Positions 1 through 13,293 of a DNA stretch of 64,000 bases are shown one piece after another. The DNA is taken from assembly GCF_016432865.1 (NCBI RefSeq), contig NC_067402.1, positions 215,078,001 to 215,142,000 on the forward strand. Reading direction: 5' to 3'. Below the pieces are notes generated by a model, which worked only from the letters and a program-made list of their open reading frames with translations, was not told the DNA's origin and searched no databases. The translations under genes were made by a program, and so were the position numbers. Position 1 is the first letter of the stretch. Each line of letters starts with the position of its first letter. Origin of the DNA: Antechinus flavipes (taxonomy: Eukaryota).

Positions 1-129
1 TTCCTTTTCTGTTACTATCTAGGATACCAGCACCATTCCAGGTATAGATTGCTCCTTTTCACCCTCCCAATACAGTATCTAGTCAAGTTGTATCATTTTT
101 GCTTCATTTTTTCATTTCTTTCTGTTTCT

Positions 130-755
130 CTCACTTAACATGGCTACCACTGAAGCCCAGAATTTCATCACTTCAAGTCTGAATTATTGTCATGTCATTC
201 TTGTTGGTTTCACTAGTTAAGTCTTGCCCCATCCCAGTCCTTTCTCTACTCAGATATTAAATTTCCTAAACCTCATTCCCTTATTCCATAAACTTCAGTG
301 ATTCCCTGTCACCTCCAGATTCAGGTTTTCTGTTTGTTTGTTTGTTTGTTTTTAATTCTTCATAATCTATTTCCCTCCTTTCTTTTTACTCTTCTTCCAT
401 CTCACTTCACATATATTTTACAATCCAGTGATACTGGTCTCTTTACTATTCCTTATGAAGATACAATTGATCATCATGGAATGATCCTTCTCATATCCAC
501 TTTCTGACTTACCTGGCTTTCTTCACATCTAAGCAAAATTTCCACTTCTTTCTCAAGTCTTAATGATTCCTCCACACAATTATAATACCTCCCCTTTAAG
601 ATTATATCTAATTTATCCTGTATCTAGATCCATTGTACATAATAGTTTAACTGTTTTCTCTCTCATTAAACTATTAGATCCTTGAGGGCAAATATTATTT
701 TCACTTCTCTTTGTATTTCCAGGATTTAGCAGTGATTAATATAAAATAAGTGCTT
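130..755 (+). mobile_element. L2 fragment
   Basis: ttagatccttgagggcaaa...tctttgtatttccaggatttagcagtg. Confidence 0.5.
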
Positions 756-2564
756 TTAAAACCTTAGTGTCCATGTTATCCGTGTTTCTAGGTTGCTAGC
801 TTGGTATAAAGGAAAGAGGACTGAGTGGGGCTTCTAGGACTGGCAAATTACTTAAACTCTTTTATCCATTCTTTCATTGACAAGTCTGAAATAACAATAA
901 TGGAACTGGTCACCAAGTCAAGAGTATTTATTGTTAGTGCTTTGTTGCTTTTGTGTTCTCAAAGGGAATCATGGAATCCTTTACTTTGGCCTGGAGGAGG
1001 GGTTCATGTATACGGTATAATGAGGGGAAGAAAATATCCCCATTGGAAAAATATACTAGAACATTTTATAGGTCTCCTTAACCTAGGATCCTTGAACATC
1101 TTTATTTGGATATCTGCACTTCAATATAACTGGTTTTCTTCATAATCTTATATAGTTTATTTTATGTATTTAAAAAATATTGTCCTCAAAAAGGATCCAT
1201 CTATGTTGCCAGAAGGGGGAAACTTCCCCAAAGAAGTCTGTGACACAAAAGTTAAGAATTCACAGTTTAGATACTGAAGCAATACTTACTACCTATTTTA
1301 TGTGCTATCATGAGAACTGAGACAATATGGGTAAGGCATTTTTTAAGTATAAACCCAAATATATAATCAAGTTATAATTAAAGGAGCAGAGAAAGGGCAG
1401 AAGCTTAATGATAGAGATAAATTTGAAAATAGTTATTCCATTTCACTATACATCACAAACAGGTTTGAATTTACTTAAATTTGCTTTAAAAAACACCTCT
1501 AGTAAATACCTTTTTAATACTAGAGAAATGAATCAGAATGCTTTTGCCTGGGATCAGGATTATGTACTTATTTTTTTTTTCCCTCTTAAGAATCTTAAAA
1601 ATAATTTAAAATGTGCTAATTATTCTATTTATAAGTACTTTCAGTTTAAATATTTTACTAGTAAATTTGAATGTAGTCTATAAATCAACACTTAATTTAC
1701 ATAGTTAATGAATTACTGATAATCCACAGTCTAGGTTTTCCCCATTAGCCCTGAATAATTAGGATTAGCAATTTAAGCAAATGTTTGAGGGCCTGGCCCT
1801 GTTTCCCTTTTTTACAGTGCTTGTTAATGCAATTTAAATCAAATTGATAAAATGAGAACTGTGATTTAAAAAAAAAAAATGGTCTTTTGAAATTACATGT
1901 TAGTTAAATGATTCATTCCTAGTGTATGCTAAAAGAATTTTGTATCTCTCATTATTTGTCTATAATTAAAAAAAAAAAGTCTATGCATAATAAATCTAAC
2001 AAAGATGCTAAAATAGCTGTGCTCTCATGGTTTTTAAGTATTTAAAGAATGTTTAAGTAATAGATCCCTATCTCCACTTTATATTATCTAGGAATACTGT
2101 TAGGAGACAAGTTTCAAGTCAATAAATAAAAATGAAAATAATTTTATAGTTTCTTCAGACAAGTTTAATAGGTTACTGCCTAGAAGCCCACAAGACTATC
2201 TGATATTGCTTATGAATCAAAATGCCAGAAAATATCCCACTTCCCAAACAAAGTAAGATACAATTTAGTTTACCAAGTCAATCAAGGAAAAAAAATTAGT
2301 TTTGAAACCTAAATTACATTTTCTTGTCAAGTGTATTCTGGTATTTCCGTTTAACTTTAGAAAGAGACTCAGGCTAATATTGGGAAATCTCCCTCCTCCT
2401 TCCCCCCAACCTCCTATCCTGATCCCATCTTCTTTCATTTCCTCCAGGACCATTTTCTATCCTGTCAATGATTACTTGTTTTTTTTCTTTTTCTTGTTCA
2501 GTCTATCTCCTTCTACTGACTCCTCTGCCTACAAACAAGCATAGATTTGCTCTGTTCTAAAATT

Positions 2565-2830
2565 GGTCAGCTAGGTGGTACAATGGATAGAGGCCTGGAG
2601 TCAGGAAGACATCTTCTTGAGTGTAAATCTAGCCTCAGACATCTAGCCTCAGACATTCACTTAACTGTGTATCCCTGGCCAAGTCAATTAACACTGTCTC
2701 AGTTTCCTCATCTGTAAAATTAGCTGGAACAGGAAATGGTAAAACATTCTGGTATGTTTGCCCACAAAACCCCAAATGGAGTCACAGAGAGTCAGAAAAC
2801 AGTCATTGAAAAATGACCAAATGACAACAA
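2565..2830 (+). mobile_element. MAR1-type SINE (CORE + RTE-like tail)
   Basis: cagctaggtggtacaatggatagag...gtttcctcatctgtaaaat...aaaccccaaatggagtcacagagagtcag; internal 14-bp tandem duplication atctagcctcagac. Confidence 0.8.
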
Positions 2831-3649
2831 AAAGTTCTAAAATTAAAAAAAAAAATACTCCCCTCACCAAAAACAGAAAAAACTAAAAAGACCCAGTAAT
2901 TATCCATAACCTTATTCTCTCTTCAATTTATCCATATAATTCCTCACTTTCACTGCTAAACTCCTATAGTAATCCATTTTTCCTTTATATATTACCTTAT
3001 TTACTTGTTTATTCTTTGACCCCTTGATAAACTGAAACTGCTTTTTTGAAGGGTAACAGTGAAATATAAACAGCCATATCCCAAGATTTTCTTAGTTTTC
3101 ATGCTCCTTGACCCTTCTGAAACAATGGACATTACTTGTTGTTGATATTCTCTCCTTGTTCCATACCACTACCCTCTTCATTTTTTTTTCTACTTGTACA
3201 ATTATTCCTGATAATCTTTATTCCATCATCTTCCTCCTCCTTTCCCTAAAATGTGACTACCTGACTAGGGAAGTTTTTCTTTATAGCAACTACATTTGAA
3301 ATTACAGATTTATCGGAGTGATGAAATGTGTTCCTATGAGTATATATTTCTATTTAACTATCTTGATGTACATTTAAGAGATGAAGGGTTTGACCTTCAT
3401 TTGAAAACTAATGTTTTCATTGGTTCTGGGAATTCCAAGATAGAGAAGCTACCAATGGCTGCCCCTGAGAGTTTGACTCAGCAATCACACAGGTGGTATG
3501 TCAAAATTGAGACAAAATTTAAATCAGTCTTTTACTGATTCCAAAGTCAAGTCTCTATCCATAATGTGACATATCTGTAGATTATATTATGTTGTGCTAT
3601 CATATCATGTCATGTCAAATAATATACAACACAACACAAACTTAGATCT

Positions 3650-3890
3650 TATAGTAATCATATCATTTGTTAAAAGTCTTTATAACCCTATTGGGATTAT
3701 ATCCAACTTTCTTGTTTCTATTGATCATGGATTTAGGATAGGACAACTCCTCTATTTTATAGAAAAATAAATTAAAGCCCAGGGAAATTAAGGATTTGCT
3801 CAATGTCACACAGATAGTATTGTCCAAGGTGGAATTTAAACATGATCCTCTTATTCCAGAATCAGTGTTATTTTCCGTTGTACCACCAGG
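3650..3890 (-). mobile_element. MIR
   Basis: attaaggatttgctcaatgtcacacag...ggaatttaaacatgatcctct. Confidence 0.55.
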
Positions 3891-4379
3891 ATCCTCCTCA
3901 TTATTCAATCTGTCAACTTTGGAATCATCTTTTACTCTTTGCTACCTCTCAAATCCTGTCTCGTATGAGGTCCATACCTAAGATCTTTTCAACTCATTAG
4001 CTCAGAGCTCATACTGATAGATTAAGGAGCTCCACTGATAAAGTCTTTGAAATTCCTAGTAAATAGCATTCATACAGTTTTGTTTATTTGTTTGTGTTGT
4101 GGAGATCTACCTCTTTACCTTTGTGAAATATTATGCAAATTTTCCTTATTTTATATTCTTAGCCTTGCCTCACTTCAGCTGCTCATCACTTTACAATTTT
4201 ATTATTGGAATAGCCTCTAGTCTATCTCTTGAATTCCTATTCCCCTTTTTCTAATTTATTTTGGAATCTATTATCAGATTAATCTTTCTCTATACACTAG
4301 GCCTGTCATGTCATCTTTCACCTCTTTTTTGACTTTGCAACAGTGTCCAACGTCTTCTGCTTAGCCATGTTTTTCCCAT

Positions 4380-4640
4380 GTTGTTGCTTGTTTACTCATT
4401 TCAGTTCATTTCATGTCCAACCCCATTTGGGGTTTTCTTGGAAAAGATCCTAGAGTGTGTTTTCCCCTGTTTTGTTTTTTTTTTTTTGTTTTGTTTTGTT
4501 TTGTTTTTCTCTTTTTACAGATAAGGAAAGTGAAACAAAAATGGTTAAGTGTTTTGTCCAGTGTCACACAGCTAGCAAGTATCTGTGGTTAGAGTTGAAT
4601 TCACAAAAAATGAGTCTTTCTGACTCTCATTCTGGGATAC
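4380..4640 (-). mobile_element. MAR1-type SINE
   Basis: accccatttggggttttcttgg...acagataaggaaagtga...gtcacacagctag. Confidence 0.75.
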
Positions 4641-5929
4641 CCCATACCCCTAATTGTCCCAAGTATTGCTCCAAAGCATCTATTTACCAAATCCTCAACA
4701 TGAACTCTGTACTCTATTTCAGTTACATACATAACAGAATGTTTATGCCTCCATTTTCCTTCTTGTGTGGTCTTGTCAGGAAATTTTCTTTGGCAGTTCT
4801 TGTTCCTCTCTGTTATCTATGCAGATTCTGCCCATCCTATTTTCAAATTCAATGTTATTTATGTAGGCTTCTGAACTATTCTAGGAATGCCAATCTCCTT
4901 TCCTACAAATAGGAATTCTATTTGCAATTGTAGTACATCACATGAAGTCTGGAATGTATTTGCTCTCTAATTGCTTCATATAATTGTGTTAGTTTTGGCA
5001 GTCTTAGCCTGAATTAGATTGCATATTCCTCAACAGTAACTATATTTTATGTAGTGCTGGGTACATAGTGAACACTCAATAAGGATTTGATAACTAAGGA
5101 ACCAATTTTCCAAAATAGATTTAGTTCAAGATATAGTGAAAAGACCCTTGACTTCGAGTCAGGAAACACAAATTTGAATTCTGTCTCTGACATTTACTAG
5201 CCATGAGATGACTGAAACTCAGTTTTCTCATTTACATCAAGTAGATGACTATTTACTCCTTGCTCATTTCTTAGAAACATTACTAAAAAATTAAGAACAA
5301 CAACAACAATAACAAAAATAAACAAACAAAAAATCCCAGCGCTGTGTAAACTTTAAAACATTTTATGAATGACTCATTTTTCTAACTTATGACCTACATA
5401 TAAATAGGGCAAAAAAACCCAATAAATACTTGATAATGATTTACAAGGGATCTTTAAAAACTGTCACAGAAAAAAAATTCTTGATTAAATATTATATAAT
5501 AAATATTTTTCAATATTTCTTTGCAAGTAGAATCTTTATCCAAGGACTGCCAATGTCTTAATAGCTGTCCTTCATACCATGTGATATGATTTTGCTTGAC
5601 AATATTTGGAATTTACTTTTACTGTGAATAAACTATTCATGCTCCCTTACCCCACTCCCATTACTAGAGAAGGAAGTTTGGACTCATGACAGGATTTAGT
5701 TGTAAAACTTTCTTTGATATGTAAGAAACATCACTGTAAGACAAAATGGATCTTTTAAATTTGTGGGAAAATTCCCCTGTGCAGATTTTGCTTTCAAATA
5801 TCTTGAAGTTATTGTACTGTATCTCTCTTCCCTTTCTTAGAGAACTACTTGACAAAGTTTTTTATACTCCAGATTGACTCTTCCTCCCCTCTCACTAGTC
5901 TGTTTTCTGGCTTTTAATTCTTCACTAAT

Positions 5930-7180
5930 CTGAAACTTCTCTCCTCATCTGCTAATGATATTGTTAATTGCCAAATCTTTTTTCATTCTTTTCCCAGACT
6001 CAATACTACATTTGATATTGAATACCTTCCCCTCTCTCCTTCTGGATCCTCATTCCTTTTTTTGGATTTTCTTAACACTATTCTAACTGTTCTTGACAAA
6101 CTTTTCTGAATGTTCCCATCTGCATCATTCCCTCTAATTGCATGTTCCCAAAGGTTCTGTCTTTGTCCCTCTTCTCTCTTGGTATTCTCCCTTTTGAAAT
6201 CTTATAAGCTCACATAAGGTTTTACCATCATCCTTTTGGATGACTTCTGGACCTACATATCCAGCCTGAGTGTCTCCTCTGAGTGTCAATTCCATATCAT
6301 AATTTTTTTTTTTTTTACTGAATATTCCACCTGAATGTTTCAAGGACACCTTATGTTTAGCATACTAAATCTGAACTCATTATCCCTCCCCAAAAAATCT
6401 TTCCTGCTTTTAAACTTCGCTTACCTTTTGATTCATAATCTCAGTATTACCCTAGACCTCTCACCCTATATAGACACATAATTTTCAAATATTCCTGATT
6501 CTACTTTCACAACATTTCTAGCTTATGAGGCCCTCTCTTCACCCACACAGCTACCATTTTACTTTAGTCCTTCATCTCCTCACATCTAAATTATTGCAAC
6601 TGTTTCCTAAATGGTTATCCCTTCTCAAATATCTCCTCATTTCAGTCCATATTGCAGACTATTGTCAAAGTAATTTTTCTGAAGGCAGATCTGACCAAGT
6701 TACCCTCCCTACTTTTAATAAATTCCAGTAACTTCCTTTAGATGAAATCTAAAATATTCTGGTTACTTTTTATATAGCCCTACACAGCATCATACAAACC
6801 CTACAATTCAAGTTTCATTGGATACTATTCTCTCTCCTGCATACTGCAACTGAAAGCCCCTCTCCATCTTTCATATAGGATGTTCTATCTTCCATCTTCA
6901 TGCCTTTATACTAGCTGTTCCTCATACTTGAAATGATCATTTTTCTTACACCAGCCTCAGAGTTCCTCACTTACTTTAAAATGCAGCTAATATATATATC
7001 TTCTAAATGAAATTTTTCTTCATCAACAAAATGCTAATACTCTCCTCATAATATGAGTATAAAATTATATTTATGCTGCATATATTTTTATATTTATATA
7101 CTTCTTTAGGAAGTAAGGAACCTGAGTTCTTATCCCCAATACCTAGCACACATTTTGACTAAAAGTCAGCTGATTGACCA
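5930..7180 (+). mobile_element. L2 LINE 3' region
   Basis: atgttcccaaggttctgtc, catactaaatctgaactcattatc, cagatctgaccaagttaccctcc, cctagcaca end. Confidence 0.65.
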
Positions 7181-7667
7181 TGGCTCAGTACTCCATGAGG
7201 TATTTAACAATTTTAAGATGCAGTTGTCAAAGAGACGTTCCCCACTTATAAGTCCTAAACTCATTTCATTATTTACCCAGGTTCTTAGAACAACAGAACA
7301 GTACTTCAGTTTATTTATATCATTGTCACATCATCATTGTAATGTGTGACACAGTTTCTTTGCATTTAAAAAAAACCACATTAATTTCCCATTAAAGATT
7401 AATCACCCATGTTTATTTTATAAGATGTTTATTTTTTGCCTGTAAACACCATTAGAACTTATCCAGTTCTTTGCCCTACTGTTCATCACTTTACTGTTAT
7501 CTTTTAGATGTTCTATATGAAGGTTATGGGCTGGTGTTATGGCTGGTCTCTTTTTTGAGATTGGTTCCTCTAAAACACTGATCCTCAAAGTCTTGTCCAG
7601 AGAATCCTGGGGTGTCTGAAACCATTTCAGAGTCTACAAATTCAAAATTAATTTTCATTTCTGATGC

Positions 7668-7668
<1 letters not shown>

Positions 7669-7704
<36 letters not shown>
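7669..7704. repeat. (GT)18 microsatellite
   Basis: Direct reading. Confidence 0.95.
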
Positions 7705-7707
<3 letters not shown>

Positions 7708-7859
7708 AAAATATAACCCATTTAAACAAAAAATTCTTTGGATAGATCCTCAGTAATTTTTAATAGTATAAAGGGATACTGAAAACAAAAGTTTGAGAAC
7801 CATTGATCCAATAGGGAGTTTCAAAGGGCTCTAAAGACTGTTTGGGACTTTTTTTTTTT

Positions 7860-8222
7860 TTTTTTTATTACTTAGTCATTTTTCAGCCATATTAGACTTT
7901 TTTTTTTTTTTAAGGGGCAATTGCAATTTGGGGACTTTTCCAGAATCACAGAGCTAATAAGTACCTAGGATAAAATTTGAACTCAGTTCCTCTGACTCCA
8001 GGACCAGTTCTGATCTTCAACTCTGGGATTCTTTTTGAGGTTTTCTTTGTTGTTTGCCATTTTCTTCTCTAGCTCATTTTATAGATGAGGACATTGAGAT
8101 AAACAGGGTTAAGTGACTTACCAAGGGTCACACATTTAGTAAGTGCCTGAGTCCTGGCCTGGAGTCAGGAAAACTCATCTTCCTGAGTTCAAATGTGACT
8201 CAAGGACCAGAACTCTATCCAT
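7860..8222 (-). mobile_element. MAR1-type SINE with nested WSINE1 (7898-8010) and a micro-inversion (8148-8202)
   Basis: MAR1 tail at 7860-7897, WSINE1 with poly-T, then MAR1 body gtttgccattttcttctctagctcatttt. Confidence 0.65.
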
Positions 8223-10027
8223 GCATTGTCTTTATTGCTATTGCTAAAGCCCTATATCTGTTACCTAGACCTATTAGCTAAATTTTTGACACATGATTTT
8301 TTTTCTGTTTTTGTGTTCATTCTTGTTCTGCCTCTGTCACAACTGACAACCTAGTTTTCAGTCTTTTTGCCTAGTTTCAAAATTCTGCTGCTTGCTTGCC
8401 CCATGTCTTTCTACTTGGCCCTGACTCACAGATCAAATCAACAGCATGGCATGGAAAACAAAAAACAACAACAACAACAAAAAACTGATTCTATCCTACT
8501 CTACACTGTGAGATAATTTAGAATAAGACTATGGATAAAGTCACAGTAGTGAAAATTTATGGAGCAAATACTGGACAGTGCCAATAAATCTTGTTTACTA
8601 AAACAAAATAGAATTCAACATAGCATAACTCAATAGTGACTATAATAGAAAGCACTATATTAATGTTAGCAATGATGATGATGAATATATTGTTTACACA
8701 CATACACACACACATATATATATACATGCACACAAACATACATATATGTCTACATGAACACATATAAATATAGTATATATTTTATTCTAAACCCATACTT
8801 ATTTCTGCTTTACTATAGAAACATCTATGTGTTTGTAGATATATATTTATTATGCTTATGTGTATACCTCTCAAGTTTTACATGTCCTTTCTTTTCCCCT
8901 TCAACTTTAATGAGTATTTTTTTTTTTTTCATTTTAGGGTGCTATATCCATAGGATTGAATCTAAAACATTGAGAAATATGACATAAACATATACATATA
9001 ATGTATATACACAGGCATACAAACATATAACTGTGACATAGTAGGAAGAAGAATGGTTTAAAGGCAGGATATCTGTGAAGCTGATAATCTCGATAGACCT
9101 TTTTTCTCACCTGTAAATTGACTGAATTAGAAGAGCTGAACTCTAAGGTCTCTTCAGACTTTAAAGTTACAATTTAATAATTCTATGAGCACAAAATTTA
9201 AAAAATCTTATACCAGATGTCTGTTTCTATGTATGTGTATGTGTATTGTGTGCTTTTAAAACTTAAAATCATTTAACAGGTGCTAGTAGGAGTCAGATTT
9301 GGATGGTTCAGGGGTAATTAGAAAATGAAAAATAATTAGGTTCAATCTGGCATCAAAGTATAGGGCTGTTATAAAATTTAATTTGAGTGAGGTAAGGTGT
9401 TTTGTTAGTTTGGCCTTTCTTTAAAAAGAAGTATTTATAAATGCCATAATAATTAAAGGGAGTTTAGTTGGACAAAGTGAGTGCAATGGCTTTTTTTTTC
9501 TTTTTTTGAATTTCATATGATTTGCTATTGACGAAAGGAGAAAATTTATGAGAGCATCAAGGTTTCATTTTACCTCCTAATAATAAACCACCTCTACCAT
9601 TGTATTTAAATGTTCAATAAAATTTTCTAAGTAAGGTATCTATATTCCCTAACTTAGTTATCTCTTTCTATGTGGTATACCAATAAGAAATATGCCTTAT
9701 CCTAAGCATCATTTCCATTGTTTGGAAGAAAATAGTATGAAAAGGGGGGAAATAATTGTAATTAGACTAGTGCTTATCCAGAAACATCTACAAGAACACC
9801 AAGACAATAGCTTAAAAAACAACAACACAACAATCCCTAGAATCATAACAAATATGCAAAGGATCTAAATATGATTTATAAATACAATAACTATCATCAT
9901 CATCATCATCTACATAATAGCTATCAAAAGCACAAAGGTAAATGCTTATGTATGACATTCAATTCAGTTTATCAAGTACTCATTGAACATCTTATGTGTG
10001 CAGAACAAGGTACTAAGTAGCACAACT

Positions 10028-10276
10028 AGGTCGGTCAGTGGGTACAATCCCCAGCCTAAAGTCAGGGAGAGTCATCATTCTGAGTTCAAATTTGGCCTCA
10101 GATAACTTAGTATCTATATGGCCATGAGTAAGTCATTTTATCCTATTCACCTCAGTTTCCTCATCTGTAAAATGAGCTTGAAAAAGAAATGGCAAACCAC
10201 TCCACTATTTTTGCCAAGAAAATTCCAAATGGTATCAGGAAGAATCTGACATGACTGAAAAGACTGAACAACAACA
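10028..10276 (+). mobile_element. MAR1-type SINE
   Basis: ctgagttcaaatttggcctcaga...gaaatggcaaaccactccac...gactgaacaacaaca. Confidence 0.8.
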
Positions 10277-11289
10277 CAGTGCTAAGTATTGTGGGAAAAC
10301 TAAAAAAAAAAAATCAAAGTCATGATCTCATAGAGTTTATAGTCACATAGCAGTATTTTGCACAATAGTTAATACTCAATAAATATTCTGATTTTCATAA
10401 AATGTCCACAAAACATATGTGCATATGCAAATGCAATTTTCTCTTAGTCATTCAATAAACAATGAAACAAAACAGGTGTTTCCTTTCTTTATTTCTTTTT
10501 TTTTTTTTTCATTTTCTCCTAAATATAAAAGCAGGGCCAATGAGTTCTGTTCTAGAATATAAATGATTCTTCTTGAATTAATTTATTAAAATCATAAGCA
10601 AATATTATAGAAATGATTTTAATGGAGAAAAGTGACTGATCTTGGTCTACACAGATAGGTATATATAAAGTAATCAAAAAAATATCAATATTTAAAAAAA
10701 ATTTTTTTAGGAATAAAGAGGTAAATAAATAAATAACCCCATAGTTAAATCCCAATTTGCTTCTAGTTTATCAGGCTAGGAATTTATGAACCAGAGTACA
10801 GTCAGAAGACTGAACTTTCTCAAAGTTCTTTGGATAAAAGAGATTTAAAAATCATCAAGCTATGCTTCTAGTTAAGGTAATGTATAGTAGCAAGAGAAAC
10901 TAGAAAGAAAACTTAAAAGAATTTCTCAACATGAGCCTTAGGATCCTTGACAAAATATGGAAAGGGTTTCAGAAGGATAGCTCAATAGGAAAAGAGAATG
11001 GAAATTTAGCAATGAAATCTGACAAGATTATGAGCTCTAAGTAAGCGATTTGAAAGATAACCTAATCTAATATTCATTTTACAGATAGAATTGAAGATCA
11101 GATAGGATGGTTTGCCCAAGATCATCCAGATAGTAAGCGGCATGGAAAAAATTGCTCTCAGCTTTTCTGACTTTGAATACAATCCACTATAAACCTGTTA
11201 TCTCTCAAATTTTGTGTGAGAAGAACACTGGTTGTCTGAAAGAACCATTTGTGAGCAAGAACCAAATGAGAAATAAATGACTTCAGGTG

Positions 11290-11525
11290 TACTAGATAAA
11301 GCAAGGAGCCAAAAATCAGACAGACCAGAACTCAAATCCAGTCTCAAATACTAACTAGCTGAATGATTTTGATTGGTCCAAATTCTAATTGCCTCTATTA
11401 TCTCAATGTTAAAATGAAGATAATAATTGTAATTACTTCACAGGGTTGTTGTGAGGATTAAATGCAATATTTGTAAAACCATTTGGCATAATATGCAGTA
11501 TCATAGAAATGCTTATTCCTTTCTT
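11290..11525 (+). mobile_element. MIR
   Basis: gggttgttgtgaggattaaatg...tttgtaaaac...aaatgctta. Confidence 0.65.
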
Positions 11526-11648
11526 CTTCCTTCAGGCATAGATCCTGATGAAATATGAAAATACCAAACTTCTGGCTCTTTCATTCTCTGGTTAGGGTTC
11601 TATTCCTCAGTTCTGATATATACACTAACTTGCAAAACATTGCTTTAA

Positions 11649-12396
11649 CAATTTGGAACTATGCTCAAAAAGTTATCAAACTGTGCATACCCTTTGCTCC
11701 AGCAGTATTTCTACTGAGCTTATACCCCAAAGAAATACTAAAGAAGAGAAAGGGACTTGTATGTGCCAAAATGTTTGTAGCAGCCCTGTTTGTATGGCTA
11801 GAAACTGGAAAATGAATGGGTGCCCATCAATTGGAGAATGGTTGAGCAAATTGTGGTATATGAATGTTATGGAATATTATTGTTCCGTAAGAAATGACCA
11901 GCAGCATGAATACAGAGAGACTGGTGAGATTTACATGAACTGATGCTAAGTGAAATGAGCAGAACCAGGAGATCATTATATACTTCAACGACAATACTGT
12001 ATGAGGATGTATTCTGATGGAAGTGGATTTCTTCGACAAAGAGATCTAACTCAGTTTCAATTGATTAAGGATGGACAGAAGCAGCTACACCCAAAGAAAG
12101 GATACTGGGAAATGAATATAAACTGCTTGCATTTTTGTTTTTTTTCCCGGGTTATTTATACCTTCTGAATCCAATTCTCCCTGTGCAACAAGAGAACTGT
12201 TCGGTTCTGCATACTTTATTGTATCTAGGATATACTGTAACCTATTTAACATGTATAGGACTGCTTGCCATCTGGGGGAGGGGGTGGAGGGAAGGAAGGG
12301 AAAAATCAAAACAGAAGAGAGTTCAAGGGATAATGTTGTAAAAAATTACCTTGGCATGGATTCTGTCAATAAAAAAGTTATTAAAAAAAAAAACAA
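11649..12396 (+). mobile_element. 5'-truncated L1 (ORF2 C-terminus + 3' UTR + poly-A)
   Basis: ORF2 C-terminal peptide CPSIGEWLSKLWYMNVMEYY, G-rich 3' UTR tract, poly-A. 15-bp TSD AAAACATTGCTTTAA at 11634-11648 and 12397-12411. Confidence 0.92.
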
Positions 12397-12553
12397 AAAA
12401 CATTGCTTTAAGTATTTTCATGCATCCTCTCCTATAATTATTACTCTTTTCTACTTTCACTCTTTCCTTTGAATATGGTAAATTTTACAAAGGAACTTAA
12501 TGCACCTAAGCTGTTGGGCAAAAAGGGGAAAATGGGGAGAGGACCTGTTCTAG

Positions 12554-12636
12554 AGATAGACAAACAGATGGATGGACGGCTAGATAGACAGGCAGACAAA
12601 CAGAGAGACAAACAGATGGATGGATAAATAGAGAAA
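12554..12636. repeat. Compound (GATA/GACA/GATG) tetranucleotide repeat
   Basis: gatagacaaacagatggatggacggctagatagacaggcagacaaac. Confidence 0.75.
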
Positions 12637-12644
12637 TATCTAAA

Positions 12645-13165
12645 CAAGTTGTGGTAAATGAACGTAATGGAATATTTTTGTGCTATACTAGATTATGATC
12701 AGGTGGATTTCAGAAAAACCTAGACTTACATGATGAACTAATAATGAGTGAAATGAGCAGAATCAGGAAAACCAACTATGATAGATATAGTTTTCCTCAG
12801 AACTAAAATGGTCCAAAACAATTCCAAAACACTCATGTTGGAAAATGGTGGATACATGAGGAGAAAGAACTATAGAGGCTGAATGTAGCTCAAAGCCAAC
12901 TTTTCATTTTTTTGGTTTTTCATTTTTTCTTTCTCATGACTTTTCCCTTTTGTTCTGATTCTTCTTTCACAATATGAATAATGTGCAAAGTGTGTTTAAC
13001 ATGATTGCACATGTATAAACCCTATCAAATTACTTACTGAGTTGGGAAGGAGAGAAGGGAAAAAGGAAGGGAGAAAAATTTGGAATTCATAATCTTACAA
13101 AATGAATGTTGATAACTAGCTTTACATTTAATAGGAAAAAATAAGGTGCTATTTACAAAAGAAAA
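12645..13165 (+). mobile_element. Older L1 3' end
   Basis: ttgtggtaaatgaacgtaatggaata..., gtgaaatgagcagaatcagg, marsupial L1 3' UTR, A-rich end. Confidence 0.75.
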
Positions 13166-13242
13166 AAGAGTTGGGGATATAAAAAGGACAAAAAATAGTC
13201 TTGGCTCTTACGGAGCTTACAATCTAATGATTCTTGTAGTTT

Positions 13243-13245
<3 letters not shown>

Positions 13246-13292
<47 letters not shown>
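13246..13292. repeat. (GT)~23 microsatellite
   Basis: Direct reading. Confidence 0.95.

Positions 13293-13293
<1 letters not shown>

Noticed and set aside
4457-4912. Longest ORF in the track (151 aa)
   Set aside because: Starts within a MAR1 SINE and T-rich tract; low complexity, no recognisable motif or splice structure.
11555-12341. Cluster of overlapping ORFs
   Set aside because: All lie in the truncated L1 ORF2/3' UTR.
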